Numbered from the stretch's first letter, positions 26,851 through 39,862 are shown. The stretch: 64,000 bases of DNA from Lytechinus pictus (GCF_037042905.1 NC_087250.1:27902001-27966000), one strand, 5' to 3'. Translations and numbers: made by a program. The notes: generated from the sequence alone by a model not told the origin.

Positions 26851-27400
26851 AGAACAAATCCACCCCAACAAAAAGTTGATTTGAATAAAAGAGAAATATC
26901 CAACAAGCATAACGCTTAAAATATCATAAAAGTCGGATGTAAAATAAGAAAGTTAGGACATTTTAAAATTTCGCTTAATTTTCACAAAACAGTTATATAC
27001 ACATCCTGATCGGTATGCAAATGAGGAGACTAATAACGTCATTCGCTCACAATTTTTTTTAATTATTTATTATATGAAATATTAAATGTTTTTTTCTTCT
27101 CATTGTCAAGAGAAACAATAACTCCCTGAACATGTAGAATTAGCGTTGGTTTAGTCAAGTTGGTCAATATTGTCAAATAAATGAAATATTGTATTTTTCA
27201 AACAATAAAAAAAGAAATAGTAAGGGACATCACTGTCTCACTTGCATATTACTGAGATGTGCATATCACTCTTTTGTGAAAATATGCGAAACTTTAAAAT
27301 GTCATAACTTTCTTATTTTACATCCGATTCTGCATGAATTATGCTAGTTTGATTTTTTCTATTTATTCAAATCAACAGTTTTCTTGGGTGGATCTTACCT
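26851..27400. mobile_element. Kolobok-like MITE with TTAA TSD
   Basis: TTAA at 26847-26850 and 27401-27404; agaacaaatccaccc...gggtggatcttacct; inverted arms. Confidence 0.8.
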
Positions 27401-29099
27401 TTAAACAAATAATATATATACCATATTCAAATATGTTCGAAAATAACTTTGTATAACCAATTAAACTAATAGAAACAGAGAGAATAGAAGAATCGAGAAA
27501 AGTGGAAGAACTAAGGGTGAAAGGTGAACCAATGAGCAAGAGATCATGAATGAAGAAAAATGTTCTGAATATGAATGAGAAGACAATAGAAACATGGAAT
27601 GGCAATAGAATATGATGTATAAACTAAGGAATGAGATGAACAGGTGACAATGGCATATAAATGGGAAGTGAAGTATGGAAAGCAAAGTGTAAAATAAAAA
27701 GATTAATCATGACAAAATTCAATTACATTTAAATATAACGACCCATTCCCGTATAGATGAGTGAATAACAAAGAATATTTGTGTCTGTCCAATGAGCAGT
27801 CCGTCAGATTGTTGCTTCTTGGACTTGGTGGAATTCAAGACAAGATTAATTTATACATAGGACATAGATGCACGAAAACCCCAAAATTACTTCTTGCCAC
27901 TCCTGAAGCAGGTTTCTTTGCCTTGGGTCTTCATGGGTACATTGGACGGTTTATGCCTGCTGGACGGGATCCGAGCACGGCTTTATTGCCGTGCCGTGGG
28001 GCAGTGGAAACTAGAAAACAGCATGGCGTGCCGTATGCCGTGCCGGAATGCCGTGCACGGTCGCCGTGCCGGATGCGGTGTAAACGGGCCTTTACCCTGT
28101 CAGTGCATATACCTTAACTGTCTATACCCGTTTGAGTAGTTTATACAGAATCACAGAACATTCAGTTTCACTCGTCTTCAGAGAACAAGAAATTAAAAGT
28201 GACTAGTTGATTTTTTTCTTCGGTTTATTAATTTGCTAATGTATGGGAGTGGAGATGGACGAGTGTCAACCCAGGAGGGATGCAACTTATTTAGATATAT
28301 GTATCTTTTCACTCTTCTTTTGAGATCTATAGGAACACTTAAAGCATTACAGTGTAGGCCTACATCGTTTAGATGTCAGGCAACCGGGAAAGAAGGAGGG
28401 GGGGGGGCTCCGCGGAACACCATTGGTTGCCCCCGTATTAAGGGTCTAGGCCTGCATTCAATTCAGAAATTGAGCTAGAATTGCAACTATTTTACTCAAT
28501 ATATTGCTGAAATACAACTCTAACAACTCTTTGCTATTTAAATGTCTTTTTTGACAAATATGCAAAGTTGTATTGGTAGTATGCTAAAATCTAGGCTATA
28601 GGCAATCCCCTAATTAGCCTCTTGTCGAGGCCCTGGCGGTTGCTATGTTCCTGAGCGAAGCGAATTAGGCCTGGCGAGCGCAGCGAGCCGGGGCCTCTGG
28701 GAGCTGAATTATATCTTCATGAGGAACGTCTTCCTAATGAAAATACATGAGTCATGAATATTACCGGTTACCTAGTACAATGAAATGTCAAAGCTGTTTC
28801 GCCCGGGGTTCGGAATGATAGTTGTCCACTATTCCCAGGGACTATGCTGCAGGGGATTCATTTAATTGCTGGACACTAAAGGGGATATAATCAGCAAAAT
28901 GCTACAAGTAGTGGTACTATACTAGTACTAGCCGTAACAGACGCATTACCGCCCCGAAACTTCCCGGGAGATCGGCCTGGTCAGACTCGAGTCAAGGGGA
29001 ATCACTAACTGAACAACTCGACTCCAGCATTCCACGCGGAGATGGATAATTGACGCATAGTGGAATCCGGGGTGTACGGAAGCTTAGACGTGCCCCCAG

Positions 29100-29760
29100 A
29101 AGACAAGATGAGAAGACGAGAAAAAGAGCCAAGATGACAAGAAGACGAGGAAAGAAGACAAGAATACGAGATCCTCAATCTTGTCATGTCGATTTATTTA
29201 GGATGAGAAGGCGAGATGACAAGATCCATTATCTCGACATGTTGACTTATTTTGGATGAGAAGATGAGAAGACAAGATCATCAATCTCGTCAAGTCGACT
29301 TATTTAGGATGAGAAGGCGAGATGACAAGATCCATTATCTCGACATGTCGACTTATTTAGGATGAGAAGGCGAGATGACAAGATCCATTATCTCGACATG
29401 TCGACTTATTTAGGATGAGAAGGCGAGATGACAAGATTCATTATCTCGACATGTGGACTTATTTAGGATGAGAAGATGAGAAGACAAGATCATCAATCTC
29501 GTCAAGTCGACTTCGTCAGGACGAGAAGATAAGAAGACAAGATCCTCAATCTCGTCAAGTCGACTTATTTAGGATGAGAAGACAAGAAGACAAGATCCTC
29601 AATCTCGTCAAGTCGACATGTTTAGGACAAGAAGATAAGAAAACAAGATACAGAATCTCATCAAGTCGACTTATTTAGGATGTGAAGATGAGAAGTCAAG
29701 ATCCTCAATCTCGTCAAGTCAGCTTATTAAGGATGCGAAGATGAGAAGACAAGATCATCG
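29100..29760 (+). repeat. 53-bp subterminal tandem repeat, about 12 copies (left arm)
   Basis: Unit ggatgagaaggcgagatgacaagatccattatctcgacatgtcgacttattta at 29201, 29254 and onward. Confidence 0.9.
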
Positions 29761-31147
29761 CGCTGGAGTTATCGACCAATAACGCCCGACCAATAAGGAT
29801 TTTGAAGATAGCGGACTATAAATCATTATATTTTGCGTACAGTGTCTACAAAAGCACGAACTGAAATTGAAATTATATTAAAAGATATCAATTATCTATT
29901 GAAGTTAAAACTAAAAACTTATAAACATCTATTAACCATTAGTAATAATATAAGAATAATAAAACTCTCAGTGCAGATTGGTGGTTGCGGGAGCGAGCCA
30001 GATTAGGGGCGCGCATGGATGACAACGTAACAAAAAAGGTGATTTTCCTTTTTTTTAATCTTTATATGCCCACAATGCAAAAACAAGGATAAAAAACACA
30101 TAGAACATGGCCCATCAGTTGGAGTAAATAGTGTGTGTGTTTGGATGGGGGATGTGACAGACACAAATTTTGTTCTCTTCAGTGAATGAGGATTTTTTTT
30201 TTTGGGGGGGCTAGTTGTTGTTTTTTTGCAGGCGTAACCGTCAGTAAAAAATAATTATGGGTCACGGAGGGGGGGGGGTGGCAAATATGGCATAAAAGAC
30301 AAATTCTATTAATAAATGCAAGAGAGCAAAAAATTGAAACTACGGGAACATCAGCCTCATCACCCACTTTAGTTTGTTGCACAAGGGCGTAAATACGGGG
30401 GGATTAATGATCCGCCCATGCCGTTCTGTTTGTTTCTGTTTGTTTGGCATATAAATACCCCCCTCACTTTTTAAGACAGGAACGATATTTTTTAATCATA
30501 AACTGATTAATATAGGCTACTGCCGTTAATTCGTGGATTCGTCTGTTAATGCATTTGGAGTGCTTCGGTCGCTAGGCTCATTCGCTTAATCTATATAATA
30601 TATCCCAATGTTAAATTCATGCACTGGCAGATCAAGGGGGGGGGGCACATCCCTATTGTGGAATATTCTTTTAAAAAAGATATTGCCCTTTTCCATGATA
30701 AATTTCACGTGCTGCAACACCGGGTCTAACTCTTATTGTTGCAATTAGAAAACTAAATCTAAGACCCCCTTAATCATGAAAAATAATTAGCGGAAATCTA
30801 CGGCAAAATTCAATATTTTTCTTCAAAATAAAATATCGAGAGACATACCGCCATTTCGCCCAGTGAAGGTCCCATGCTGGAATCAGAGGTAAAAATGGCA
30901 GAGATAAAAATGGCAATTAATGGCCATTATTACCTCTGCCATTTTTACCTTTGCCATCATTACCTTTGCCCGTTTTTACCTCTGCCATTATTAGAAAAAG
31001 ATTAACATTGTTAACACAAGGCGTAACGATCAATAACATTTTATGAACATTTATATTCTTTATCACCAGTTTTATTATGATCATCGTTTTGGATTATCAT
31101 GATCATCATATTTATTTTTATTACCAGCAGAAGCTGACATCCCCTCC

Positions 31148-32643
31148 CAGTGGCGTACCGTGGGTCGCGACATTGGGGGGGGGGGCACCAGCAAAATTCT
31201 TGAGTCACTTAGTGAGCGCGCGAAGCGCGCTCAGTTGTCAGGTATACTGACCTAATAGAGACATTTTAAGGAAGCACTTGTTGTCATTGTAATCATGAAT
31301 AATATTCGCATCTCAGCAATCAAATAATGCGAGCGCGAAGCGCGAGCTGAAAATATTTGATATTCAGACCTAAAAAGGAACTTTATAATCGAATTTTTGT
31401 GATCATGATACGTACCTGTTTCGCTAAACAATGCGAGCGCGATGCGCGAGCCGAAAATTTTTGTATACATTGATCCCAAACAGGGAGATCTTAAGGACTA
31501 TATTTTAGGAATCTCTTAATAGTATACATATCTCACCAAAGTCATCTAATGCGAGTGCCAAGCGCTTGCTGATTTTGTTAGAATTACATTTAAACACATA
31601 TGAAACACTTGTAGTCATTGTAATCATGAATAACATAGGCATCTCACTAATCAAATATTGCGAGCGCGAAGCGCGAGCTAAAAAATCAGGAATTTCAAAC
31701 ACGAAGAGAGGCAATTTAAGGATTGTTTGTAGGAATTCGCAAAACCATACGTATTTCAATAACAAAATGATGCGAGAGCGAAGCACGAGCTGAAATTTGT
31801 GTATATATTGACACAAACAGGATTTTTTTTTTAAAGGAGTATACATATCTCACTATAGTCATGTAATGCGAGTGCCAAGCGCTTGCTGATTTTGTTAAAA
31901 TTACATCTGAACACATGAAGCACTTTTTGTAGTCAAAGTAATCATGATTATCATACGCGTCTCACTAATCAAATATTGCGAGCGCGAAGCGTGAACATTT
32001 AGATAATTCAGACCTGAAGCGGGGCAGTCTAAGGCTTGTTTGTAAGAATTCACTAAGACCATTCGTATTTCACTAACCAAATGATGCGAGCGCGAAGCGC
32101 TAGCTGAATTTTTTTGGATATTTAGATCAGAAAAAGGGACATTTCAAGGACTGATTTTAGGAATTCATGGAGAGCAGACATATCTCACCAATCCACTGAA
32201 GCGAACGTAATCACGGACAGGAAATGTTTTATATTAAGACCTTAACATGGGGCAATCACTTTAAGTAGTCATGAAAAAGAACCACATGTCACTATATAAA
32301 ACAATAATATATTTGGTGTATATTGACTTGAAAACAGGAGGTTTTCGTACAACAGGTTTATATATCTCTTTAAACAGACAATGCGAGCACCAGGAACAAT
32401 GAAGATATGGACCCTGAGCAAATTATGTTTCATAAAGTTATATGATAAAAATGTTTCCTATGTAAAATAACATAACATGACCATAATACAATATACAATT
32501 ATAATGAATAATAATTTCTTCTTTCCCACTACGTTCCTCTTCTTTTCTCCCTCTTTTTCTCCTTTTCCCCGTTTTTTGGGGTCAGCCGATGGGGGGGGGG
32601 GGGGGGGGGCACGTGCCCCCCATGCCCCCCTGTAGTTACGCCG
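31148..32643 (-). mobile_element. hAT-type MITE nested in the left arm (family of 59627-60762)
   Basis: cagtggcgta start; truncated tacgccg end; TSD tcccctcc / tcctctcc; internal gcgagcgcgaagcgcg repeats. Confidence 0.8.
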
Positions 32644-32924
32644 TCCTCTCCAATACAAATCCTATTTTATAGAGGTTACTCGCACGCGACCAACACACTT
32701 AATCCCCTGCATCTTTAAACCATTTGCTTGGGGTGCAATTGCTCAGATAAAATCGAAATTAAGCGTATGCTTGATCCGACCGCTTATTCTTAATGCAATA
32801 CATGTTTGGAAACAAAACAAACATGTCTCATCGTTCGTTATTTTATTATTTCATAATATCGTGTTATCTTGTAAGGACATCACCTTTCTTTTTATCAAAA
32901 TGAATTAATTTCATTTTCGGAAAT

Positions 32925-33120
32925 ACGCACCCTATTTAATTTTCGGATTAACGAACCTTATTTCGTTTTCAGACTAACACACCTTCGGATTAATGAACCT
33001 TATTTCGTTTTTCGACTAACGAACCAACGGAATAGCGAACCTCATTTCGATTTCGGATTAACGAACCTTAGGAATAACGAACCTACGGAATAACGGAGCT
33101 TCGGAATTACGAATGTATGC
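32925..33120. mobile_element. Short element with ttcggattaacgaacc repeats (family of 57809-58505); mirrored at ~33828-34010
   Basis: Ends ttcggaattacgaatgtatgc exactly as at 58484-58504. Confidence 0.6.
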
Positions 33121-34287
33121 AAAATCTATGACCCAATCCTGGAAATAGGCGAAAATCGCAAAATCAAGCCAAAATTAATATTTTTCTTTGATCGAAATAA
33201 AACATACCGAATGACATATATTTGGAATAGTGATTGGCGTTTTCTAAAAGCGCAGATACTGTCCTTTCACTTAGTATAGGTCCCATGCTGGAACACTCAA
33301 TCTAACTCTTATTGTTTACGATTGAATCTACGACACCTTCCAGGAAATAGGCGAAAATCGCAAAATCCCGCCAAAATTTATCTTTTTCTTTGATCGAAAT
33401 AAAACATATCGAATGACATATATTGGGAATAGTGATTGACGTTTTCTGAAAGCCCAGCATGGAACCTACGACAGGTGAAAGGGGAAAATCTGGGCTTTCA
33501 GGAAACGCCAATCACTATTCCCAATATATGTCATTCGATATGTTTTATTTCGATCAAAGAAAAAGATTAATTTTGGCGGGATTTTGCGATTTTCGCCTAT
33601 TTCCTGGAATGGGTCATAGAATCGTTTGTATACATTAAGAGTTAGTTCGAGTGTTCCAGCATGGGACCTACGGCAGGTGAAAGGGGAATATCTGGGCTTT
33701 TAGAAAACGCCAATCACTATTCCCAATATGTGTCATTCGATATGTTTTATTTCGATCAAAGAAAAATATTAATTTTGGCTTGATTTTGCGATTTTCGCCT
33801 ATTTCCAGGATTGGGTCGTAGATTTTGCATACATTCGTAATTCCGAAGCTCCGTTATTCCGAAGGTTCGTTAATCCGAAATTGAAATGAGGTTCGCAATT
33901 CCGTAGGTTCGTTAGTCGAAAAACGAAATAAGGTTCATTAATCCGAAGGTGTGTTAGTCTGAAAACGAAATAAGGTTCGTTAATCCGAAAATTAAATAGG
34001 GTGCGTATTTCCGAAAATGAAATTAATTCATTTTGATAAAAAGAAAGGTGTTGTCCTTACAAGATAACATGATATTATGAAATAATAAAATAACGAACGG
34101 TGAGACATGTTTGTTTTGTTTCCAAACATGTATTGCATTAAGAATAAGCGGTCGGATCAAGCATACGCTTAATTTCGATTTTATCTGAGCAATTGCACCC
34201 CAAGCAAATGGTTTAAAGATGCAGGGGATTAAGTGTGTTGGTCGCGTGTGAGTAACCTCTATAAAATAGGATTTGTATTAGAGGGGA

Positions 34288-35466
34288 CGGCGTAACTACA
34301 GGGGGGCATGGGGGGCACGTGTCCCCCCCCCCCCCCCCCCCATCGGCTGACCCAAAAAAAAAACGGGGAAAAGGAGAAAAAGAGGGAGAAAGGAAGAGGA
34401 ACGTAGTGGGAAAGAAGAAATTATTATTCATTATAATTGTATATTGTATTATGATCATGTTATGTTATTTTACATAGGAAACATTTTTATCATAACGTTA
34501 TGAAACATAATTTGCTCAGGGTCCATATCTTCATTGTTCCTGGTGCTCGCATTGTCTGTTTAAAGAGATATATAAACCTGTTGTACGAAAACCTCCTGTT
34601 TTCAAGTCAATATACACCAAATATATTATTGTTTTATGTAGTGACATATGGTTCTTTTTCATGACTACTTAAAGTGATTGCCCCATGTTAAGGTTTTAAT
34701 ATTAAACATTTCCTGTCCGTGATTACGTTCGCTTCAGTGGATTGGTGAGATATGTCTGCTCTCCATGAATTCCTAAAATCAGTCCTTGAAATGTCCCTTT
34801 TTCTGATCTAAATATCCAAAAAAAATCAGCTAGCGCTTCGCGCTCGCATCATTTGGTTAGTGAAATACGAATGGTCTTAGTGAATTCTTACAAACAAGCC
34901 TTAGACTGCCCCGCTTCAGGTCTGAATTATCTAAATTTTCACGCTTCGCGCTCGCAATATTTGATTAGTGAGATGCGTATGATAATCATGATTACATTGA
35001 CTACAAAAAGTGCTTCATGTGTTCAGATGTAATTCTAACAAAATCAGCAAGCGCTTGGCACTCGCATTAGATGACTTTGGTGCGATATGTATACTATTAA
35101 GAGATTCCTAAAAGATAGTCCTTAAGATCTCCCTGTTTGGGATCAATGTATACAAAAAATTTCGGCTCGCGCATCGCGCTCGCATTGTTTAGCGAAACAG
35201 GTACGTATCATGATCACAAAAAATCGATTATAAAGTCCCTTTTTAGGTCTGAATATCAAAAATTTTCAGCTCGCGCTTCGCGCTCGCATTATTTGATTGC
35301 TGAGATGCAAATATTATTCATGATTACAATGACAACAAGTGCTTCCTTAAAATGTCTCTATTAGGTCAGTATACCTGACAACTGAGCGAGCTTCGCGCGC
35401 TCACTAAGTGACTCAAGAATTTTGCTGGTCCCCCCCCCCCAATGTCGTGACCCACGGTACGTCACT
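34288..35466 (+). mobile_element. Mirror copy of the nested hAT-type MITE in the right arm, ~320 bp shorter
   Basis: Reverse complement of 31148-32643 lacking one internal repeat unit (~31570-31890). Confidence 0.8.
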
Positions 35467-36859
35467 GGGAGGGGATGTCATTTTTAATAAGAGCTTCTGC
35501 TGGTAATAAAAATAAATATGATGATCATGATAATCCAAAACGATGATCATAATAAAACTGGTGATAAAGAATATAAATGTTCATAAAATGTTATTGATCG
35601 TTACGCCTTGTGTTAACAATGTTAATTTTTTTCTAATGCAGAGGTAAAAACGGGCAAAGGTAAAGATGGCAAAGGTAAAAATGGCAGAGGTAATAATGGC
35701 CATTAATTGCCATTTTTACCTCTGATTCCAGCATGGGACCTTCACTGGGCGAAATGGCGGTATGTCTCTCGATATTTTATTTTAAAGAAAAATATTGAAT
35801 TTTGCCGTAGATTTCCGCTAATTAATTTTCATGATTAAGGGGGTCTTAGATTTAGTTTTCTAATTGCAACAATAAGAGTTAGACCCGGTGTTGCAGCACG
35901 TGAAATTTATCAGGGAAAAGGGCAATATCTATTTTTAAAAGAATATTCCAACTATAGGGATGTGCCCCCCTTGATCTGCCAGTGCATGAGCTTAACATTG
36001 GGATTTATCATCGCGAAATCCAATAAGAATATATTATATAGATTAAGCGAATGAGCCTAGCGACCGAAGCACCAAAATGCATTAACATACGAATCCACGA
36101 ATTAACGGCAGTGGCCTATATTAATCAGTTTATGATTAAAAAATATCGTTCCTGTCTTAAAAAGTGAGGGGGGTATTTATATGCCAAACAAACAGAAACA
36201 AACAGAACGGCATGGGCGGATCATGAATCCCCCGTATTTACGCCCTTGTGCAACGAACTAAAGTGGGTGATGAGGCTGATGTTCCCGTAGTTTCAATTTT
36301 TTATTAATAGAATTTGTCTTTTATGCCATATTTGCCACCCCCCCCCCCCCTCCATGACCCATAATTATTTTTGACTAACGGTTACGCCTGCAAAAAAACA
36401 ACAACTAGCCCCCCCAAAAAAAAAATCCTCATTCACCGAAGAGAACAAAATTTGTGTCTGTCACATCCCCCATCCAAACACACACACTATTTACTCCAAC
36501 TGATGGGCCATGTTCTAGGTGTTTTTTATCCTTGTTTTTGCATTGTGGGCATATAAAGATTTAAAAAAAAGGAAAATCACATTTTTTGTTACGTTGTCAT
36601 CCATGCGCGCCCCTAATCTGGCTCGCTCCCGCAACCACCAATCTGCACTGAGAGTTTTATTATTCTTATATTATTACTAATGGTTAATAGATGTTTATAA
36701 GTTTTTTAGTTTTAACTTCAATAGATAATTGATATCTTTTAATATAATTTCAATTTCAGTTCGTGCTTTTGTAGACACTGTACGCAAAATATAATGATTT
36801 ATAGTCCGCTATCTTCAAAATCCTTATTGGTCGGGCGTTATTGGTCGATAACTCCAGCG

Positions 36860-37572
36860 CGATGATCTTGTCTTCTCATCTTCGCATCCTTAATAAGTTG
36901 ACTTGACGAGATTGAGGATCTTGTCTTCTCATCTTCACATCCTAAATAAGTCGACTTGATGAGATTCTGTATCTTGTTTTCTTATCTTCTTGTCCTAAAC
37001 ATGTCGACTTGACGAGATTGAGGATCTTGTCTTCTTGTCTTCTCATCCTAAATAAGTCGACTTGACGAGATTGAGGATCTTGTCTTCTCATCTTCTCGTC
37101 CTAAATAAGTCCACATGTCGAGATAATGGATCTTGTCATCTCGCCTTCTCATCCTAAATAAGTCGACATGTCGAGATAATGGATCTTGTCATCTCGCCTT
37201 CTCATCCTAAATAAGTCCACATGTCGAGATAATGAATCTTGTCATCTCGCCTTCTCATCCTAAATAAGTCGACATGTCGAGATAATGGATCTTGTCATCT
37301 CGCCTTCTCATCCTAAATAAGTCGACATGTCGAGATAATGGATCTTGTCATCTCGCCTTCTCATCCTAAATAAGTCGACTTGACGAGATTGATGATCTTG
37401 TCTTCTCATCTTCTCATCCAAAATAAGTCAACATGTCGAGATAATGGATCTTGTCATCTCGCCTTCTCATCCTAAATAAATCGACATGACAAGATTGAGG
37501 ATCTCGTATTCTTGTCTTCTTTCCTCGTCTTCTTGTCATCTTGGCTCTTTTTCTCGTCTTCTCATCTTGTCT
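36860..37572 (-). repeat. 53-bp subterminal tandem repeat (right arm)
   Basis: Reverse complement of the 29100-29760 array with a different number and order of variant units. Confidence 0.9.
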
Positions 37573-38712
37573 TCTGGGGGCACGTCTAAGCTTCCGTAGG
37601 GGTGGAATCGCATGATATTTCGTCGTCTCTCTTCGCCAAGAATCCACGGGTCGCCATTCAAGATGAGCTCATGAATATTCAACAAGACGTCATAGAAGCC
37701 CGCGCTCTCATTGGATGATTTTCAACGACCAGTTTTTGGTCGGAATATTGGTACAAACAATAAAAAACAAACAAAACAAAGTCGATGAAGTTCGGCTCAG
37801 ATGTCAAGAGGCCCTGTCTCGCTGGCTCTGCTTCGCTATATCCCTCGCTTCTCTCGGGAAGCAGCCGACGGGGGCTCGACAAGAGGCTATCCCCACTTGG
37901 CTTGGGCGCGTTTTTACAAACTGGTCTAGACATGCTAGACTTCATGACATCATAATTCAGGGGCTGATCCAGCTTTCGCCAATAAGGAGCCCGAATTATT
38001 TTCAACTATGTGTTTACGATCAGCCACACAGTATCCATTTTTGTTTATTTCTTTGAAGGGGTAGTCACTAATGCTTATTCATTTTGAAAACAACATACAT
38101 AATAATTCCATTTAAGCCCTATCTAAATAGTGCAAGCGCGAAGCAAGGGCTATTTTGTGGAAATTTCATGCTTTTCGTCCTGAAAATTTAACATTGTTGA
38201 CTGACAATTTTTCTGATCATGGACAAGATGCGTAAGTAACTAAATGATTCCTGCGAGCGCAAAACCTAGACAATCGTGTGTCTTCCTACATACATAATGC
38301 GAGCGCGAAGCACGAACAGAAAATTTTTATAGTCTGATCCGAAACTTTATAAGCACTTTTTGAAGAACAAAAACAAGCTACGTATCTCAAAAAACATGCT
38401 TGCGCGTGTTTTAGCTTTAGACCTATAGAATCTCGGAATTCTAAAAACATTTCTTATCCTGAATATGAATGCGAACGCGAAGAGCAGGCTGAAAATGTAT
38501 GATATTTCGGGGACATCCCGATAGACCGCGGGTCCGATAGTCCGCGGGTCCGATAGTCCGCGGGTCCGTTAGTCCGCGGGTACGATAGACCGCGGGTCCG
38601 ATAGTCCGCAGTGTGTGTAAAATTATGATCAGATATATCAAATGTCATCGAGAGGTCCAAAGGTTAAAGTTTTCCGTGGGGGAACTGCCTCACCTTCCCC
38701 CCACCCCCAGCT

Positions 38713-39505
38713 CAAAAAAGAGGGGGAAGAGGGTAAAAGGGAGAGACTAAAAAGAGAGAGAGAGGAAGATGGGAAAAGATGAGAATAGAAAAGAGAGTAA
38801 GATGCAGAAAGGAAAGAAGAGAAAATAAAGAGAGGAGGGAAAAGGAAAATAAATGAAAAAGGAAAAGGAGGAAAAAGAAGAAAAAAAGGGGAAAGAAGAG
38901 AAGAATATTCAAATAGAGAGGAAGATCGGAAGAAAGATAAGAAAAAAAGAGAGAGAGAGGAAGAGGGGAAACGAAGAGAAAAAAAAAGAGAGAGGGGGGA
39001 AGGAGAGGGAGAGAAGAAAAAAAGATTATAAGAGAAAAGGGGAAAGGAAAAAAAAGAAAAAGGGGAAAGAGAAAAAAGAGAAAGCGTGAAAAGAAAGGAG
39101 AAAGAAAAGGGGGAAAAGAAGAAAAAAAGAGGAAGGAAGAGAATATTTAAAAAGAGAGGAAGATGGGAAGAAAGATAAAAAAAAAAGAGAGGGGAATAGA
39201 GGAAAAGAGAAGAAAAAAGAGAGTAAGGGGAAGGAAAAGAAGAAAAGAGTGGGGAAAAGTAAGAAAGAAAAGACGGATAAAAAGAGAAGAAAAGGGAGAA
39301 AGAACAAATGGGGGAAAAAAAAGAAAAGGGGGAAGGAAGACAAGAGAAAAGAGAAGAAAAGGGGAAAATAAAGAAAATAAAAGAGAGAGAGAGGAGGAAG
39401 GAAAAGAAGAGAAGAAGAAAAGGATAAGAGGGGGAAAGAAAGAGAGAAAGAAAGAGAAAGGAAGGGAAATGAGGATAAGAGAAAGAAAAAAAGAAAGAAA
39501 AGGAG
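38713..39505. repeat. ~800-bp polypurine (A/G) tract
   Basis: Almost only A/G on the + strand; source of the spurious K/E/R and F/L/S ORFs. Confidence 0.92.
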
Positions 39506-39519
39506 ATGTTGACCCGGAC

Positions 39520-39862
39520 GTCGATTTGATGTTCGAACTAGGCGGCGCCAAAATAATGTTCGAACTATGGGGCGCCGAACTGATGTTTGAATAGGGAGGG
39601 GGGCGCCAAATTGATCTTCGAACTATGGGAGCGCCGAATAAATGTTCGATCTAGCGGGGCACCAAATTGATGTTCGAACTAGGACATGTAGGAAGCGCTA
39701 ATTTGAATTTTGACCATAATGCGACAAATACATGTTTCAGAGGGGGGGGGGGCAAAGTTATATTTCACATTGGGGGCGCCAAGTTTATGTTCAACCGAGG
39801 GCGCCAAATTGACCTTGAACTTAAGGGGCTTCATGCAAATTCATTTTCGACCGGGGGCGCAA
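39520..39862 (+). repeat. Degenerate ~28-35-bp minisatellite
   Basis: Recurring gggcgccaaattgatgttcgaacta. Confidence 0.75.

Larger units (their letters stand above)
17695..28091 (+). mobile_element. PIF/Harbinger DNA transposon, 10.4 kb, defective, with nested elements
   Basis: Perfect 29-bp TIR aggcccgtttacaccgcatccggcacggc; TTA TSD (17692-17694, 28092-28094); subterminal gcacggc repeats; MADF pseudogene inside; empty site in copy A (~11641). Confidence 0.92.
29075..37598. mobile_element. 8.5-kb palindromic (foldback) non-autonomous transposon with TAC..GTA ends and 6-bp TSD (IS3EU-like)
   Basis: tacggaagcttagacgtgccccc at both ends; GGGGTG at 29069-29074 and 37599-37604; arms 29075-33457 and 33490-37598; 32-nt spacer. 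Confidence 0.9.
28615..37889. mobile_element. TAG-ended non-autonomous DNA element (~745 bp of own sequence) split by the palindromic element
   Basis: TIR tagcctcttgtcgag (15 bp perfect, ~30 bp imperfect); absent from copy A (~12140); flanks tcccctaat / tccccactt match at only 6 of 9 bases. Confidence 0.75.

Noticed and set aside
29100..29760. CRISPR-like regular array
   Set aside because: Contiguous 53-bp tandem units without unique spacers, no cas genes, eukaryotic context; they are transposon subterminal repeats.
29075..37598. Palindrome as a chimeric-read artefact
   Set aside because: The arms differ by substitutions and a ~320-bp indel, the unit has a perfect TSD, and host sequence resumes on both sides; spanning reads are still needed.
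37679..38056. Overlapping 108- and 113-aa ORFs
   Set aside because: They cross the transposon/host boundary at 37889 and show no domain signal.
38712..39594. K/E/R-rich and F/L/S-rich ORFs (also 1152-1340, 8068-8543, 52712-53217)
   Set aside because: Artefacts of polypurine/polypyrimidine low-complexity DNA.
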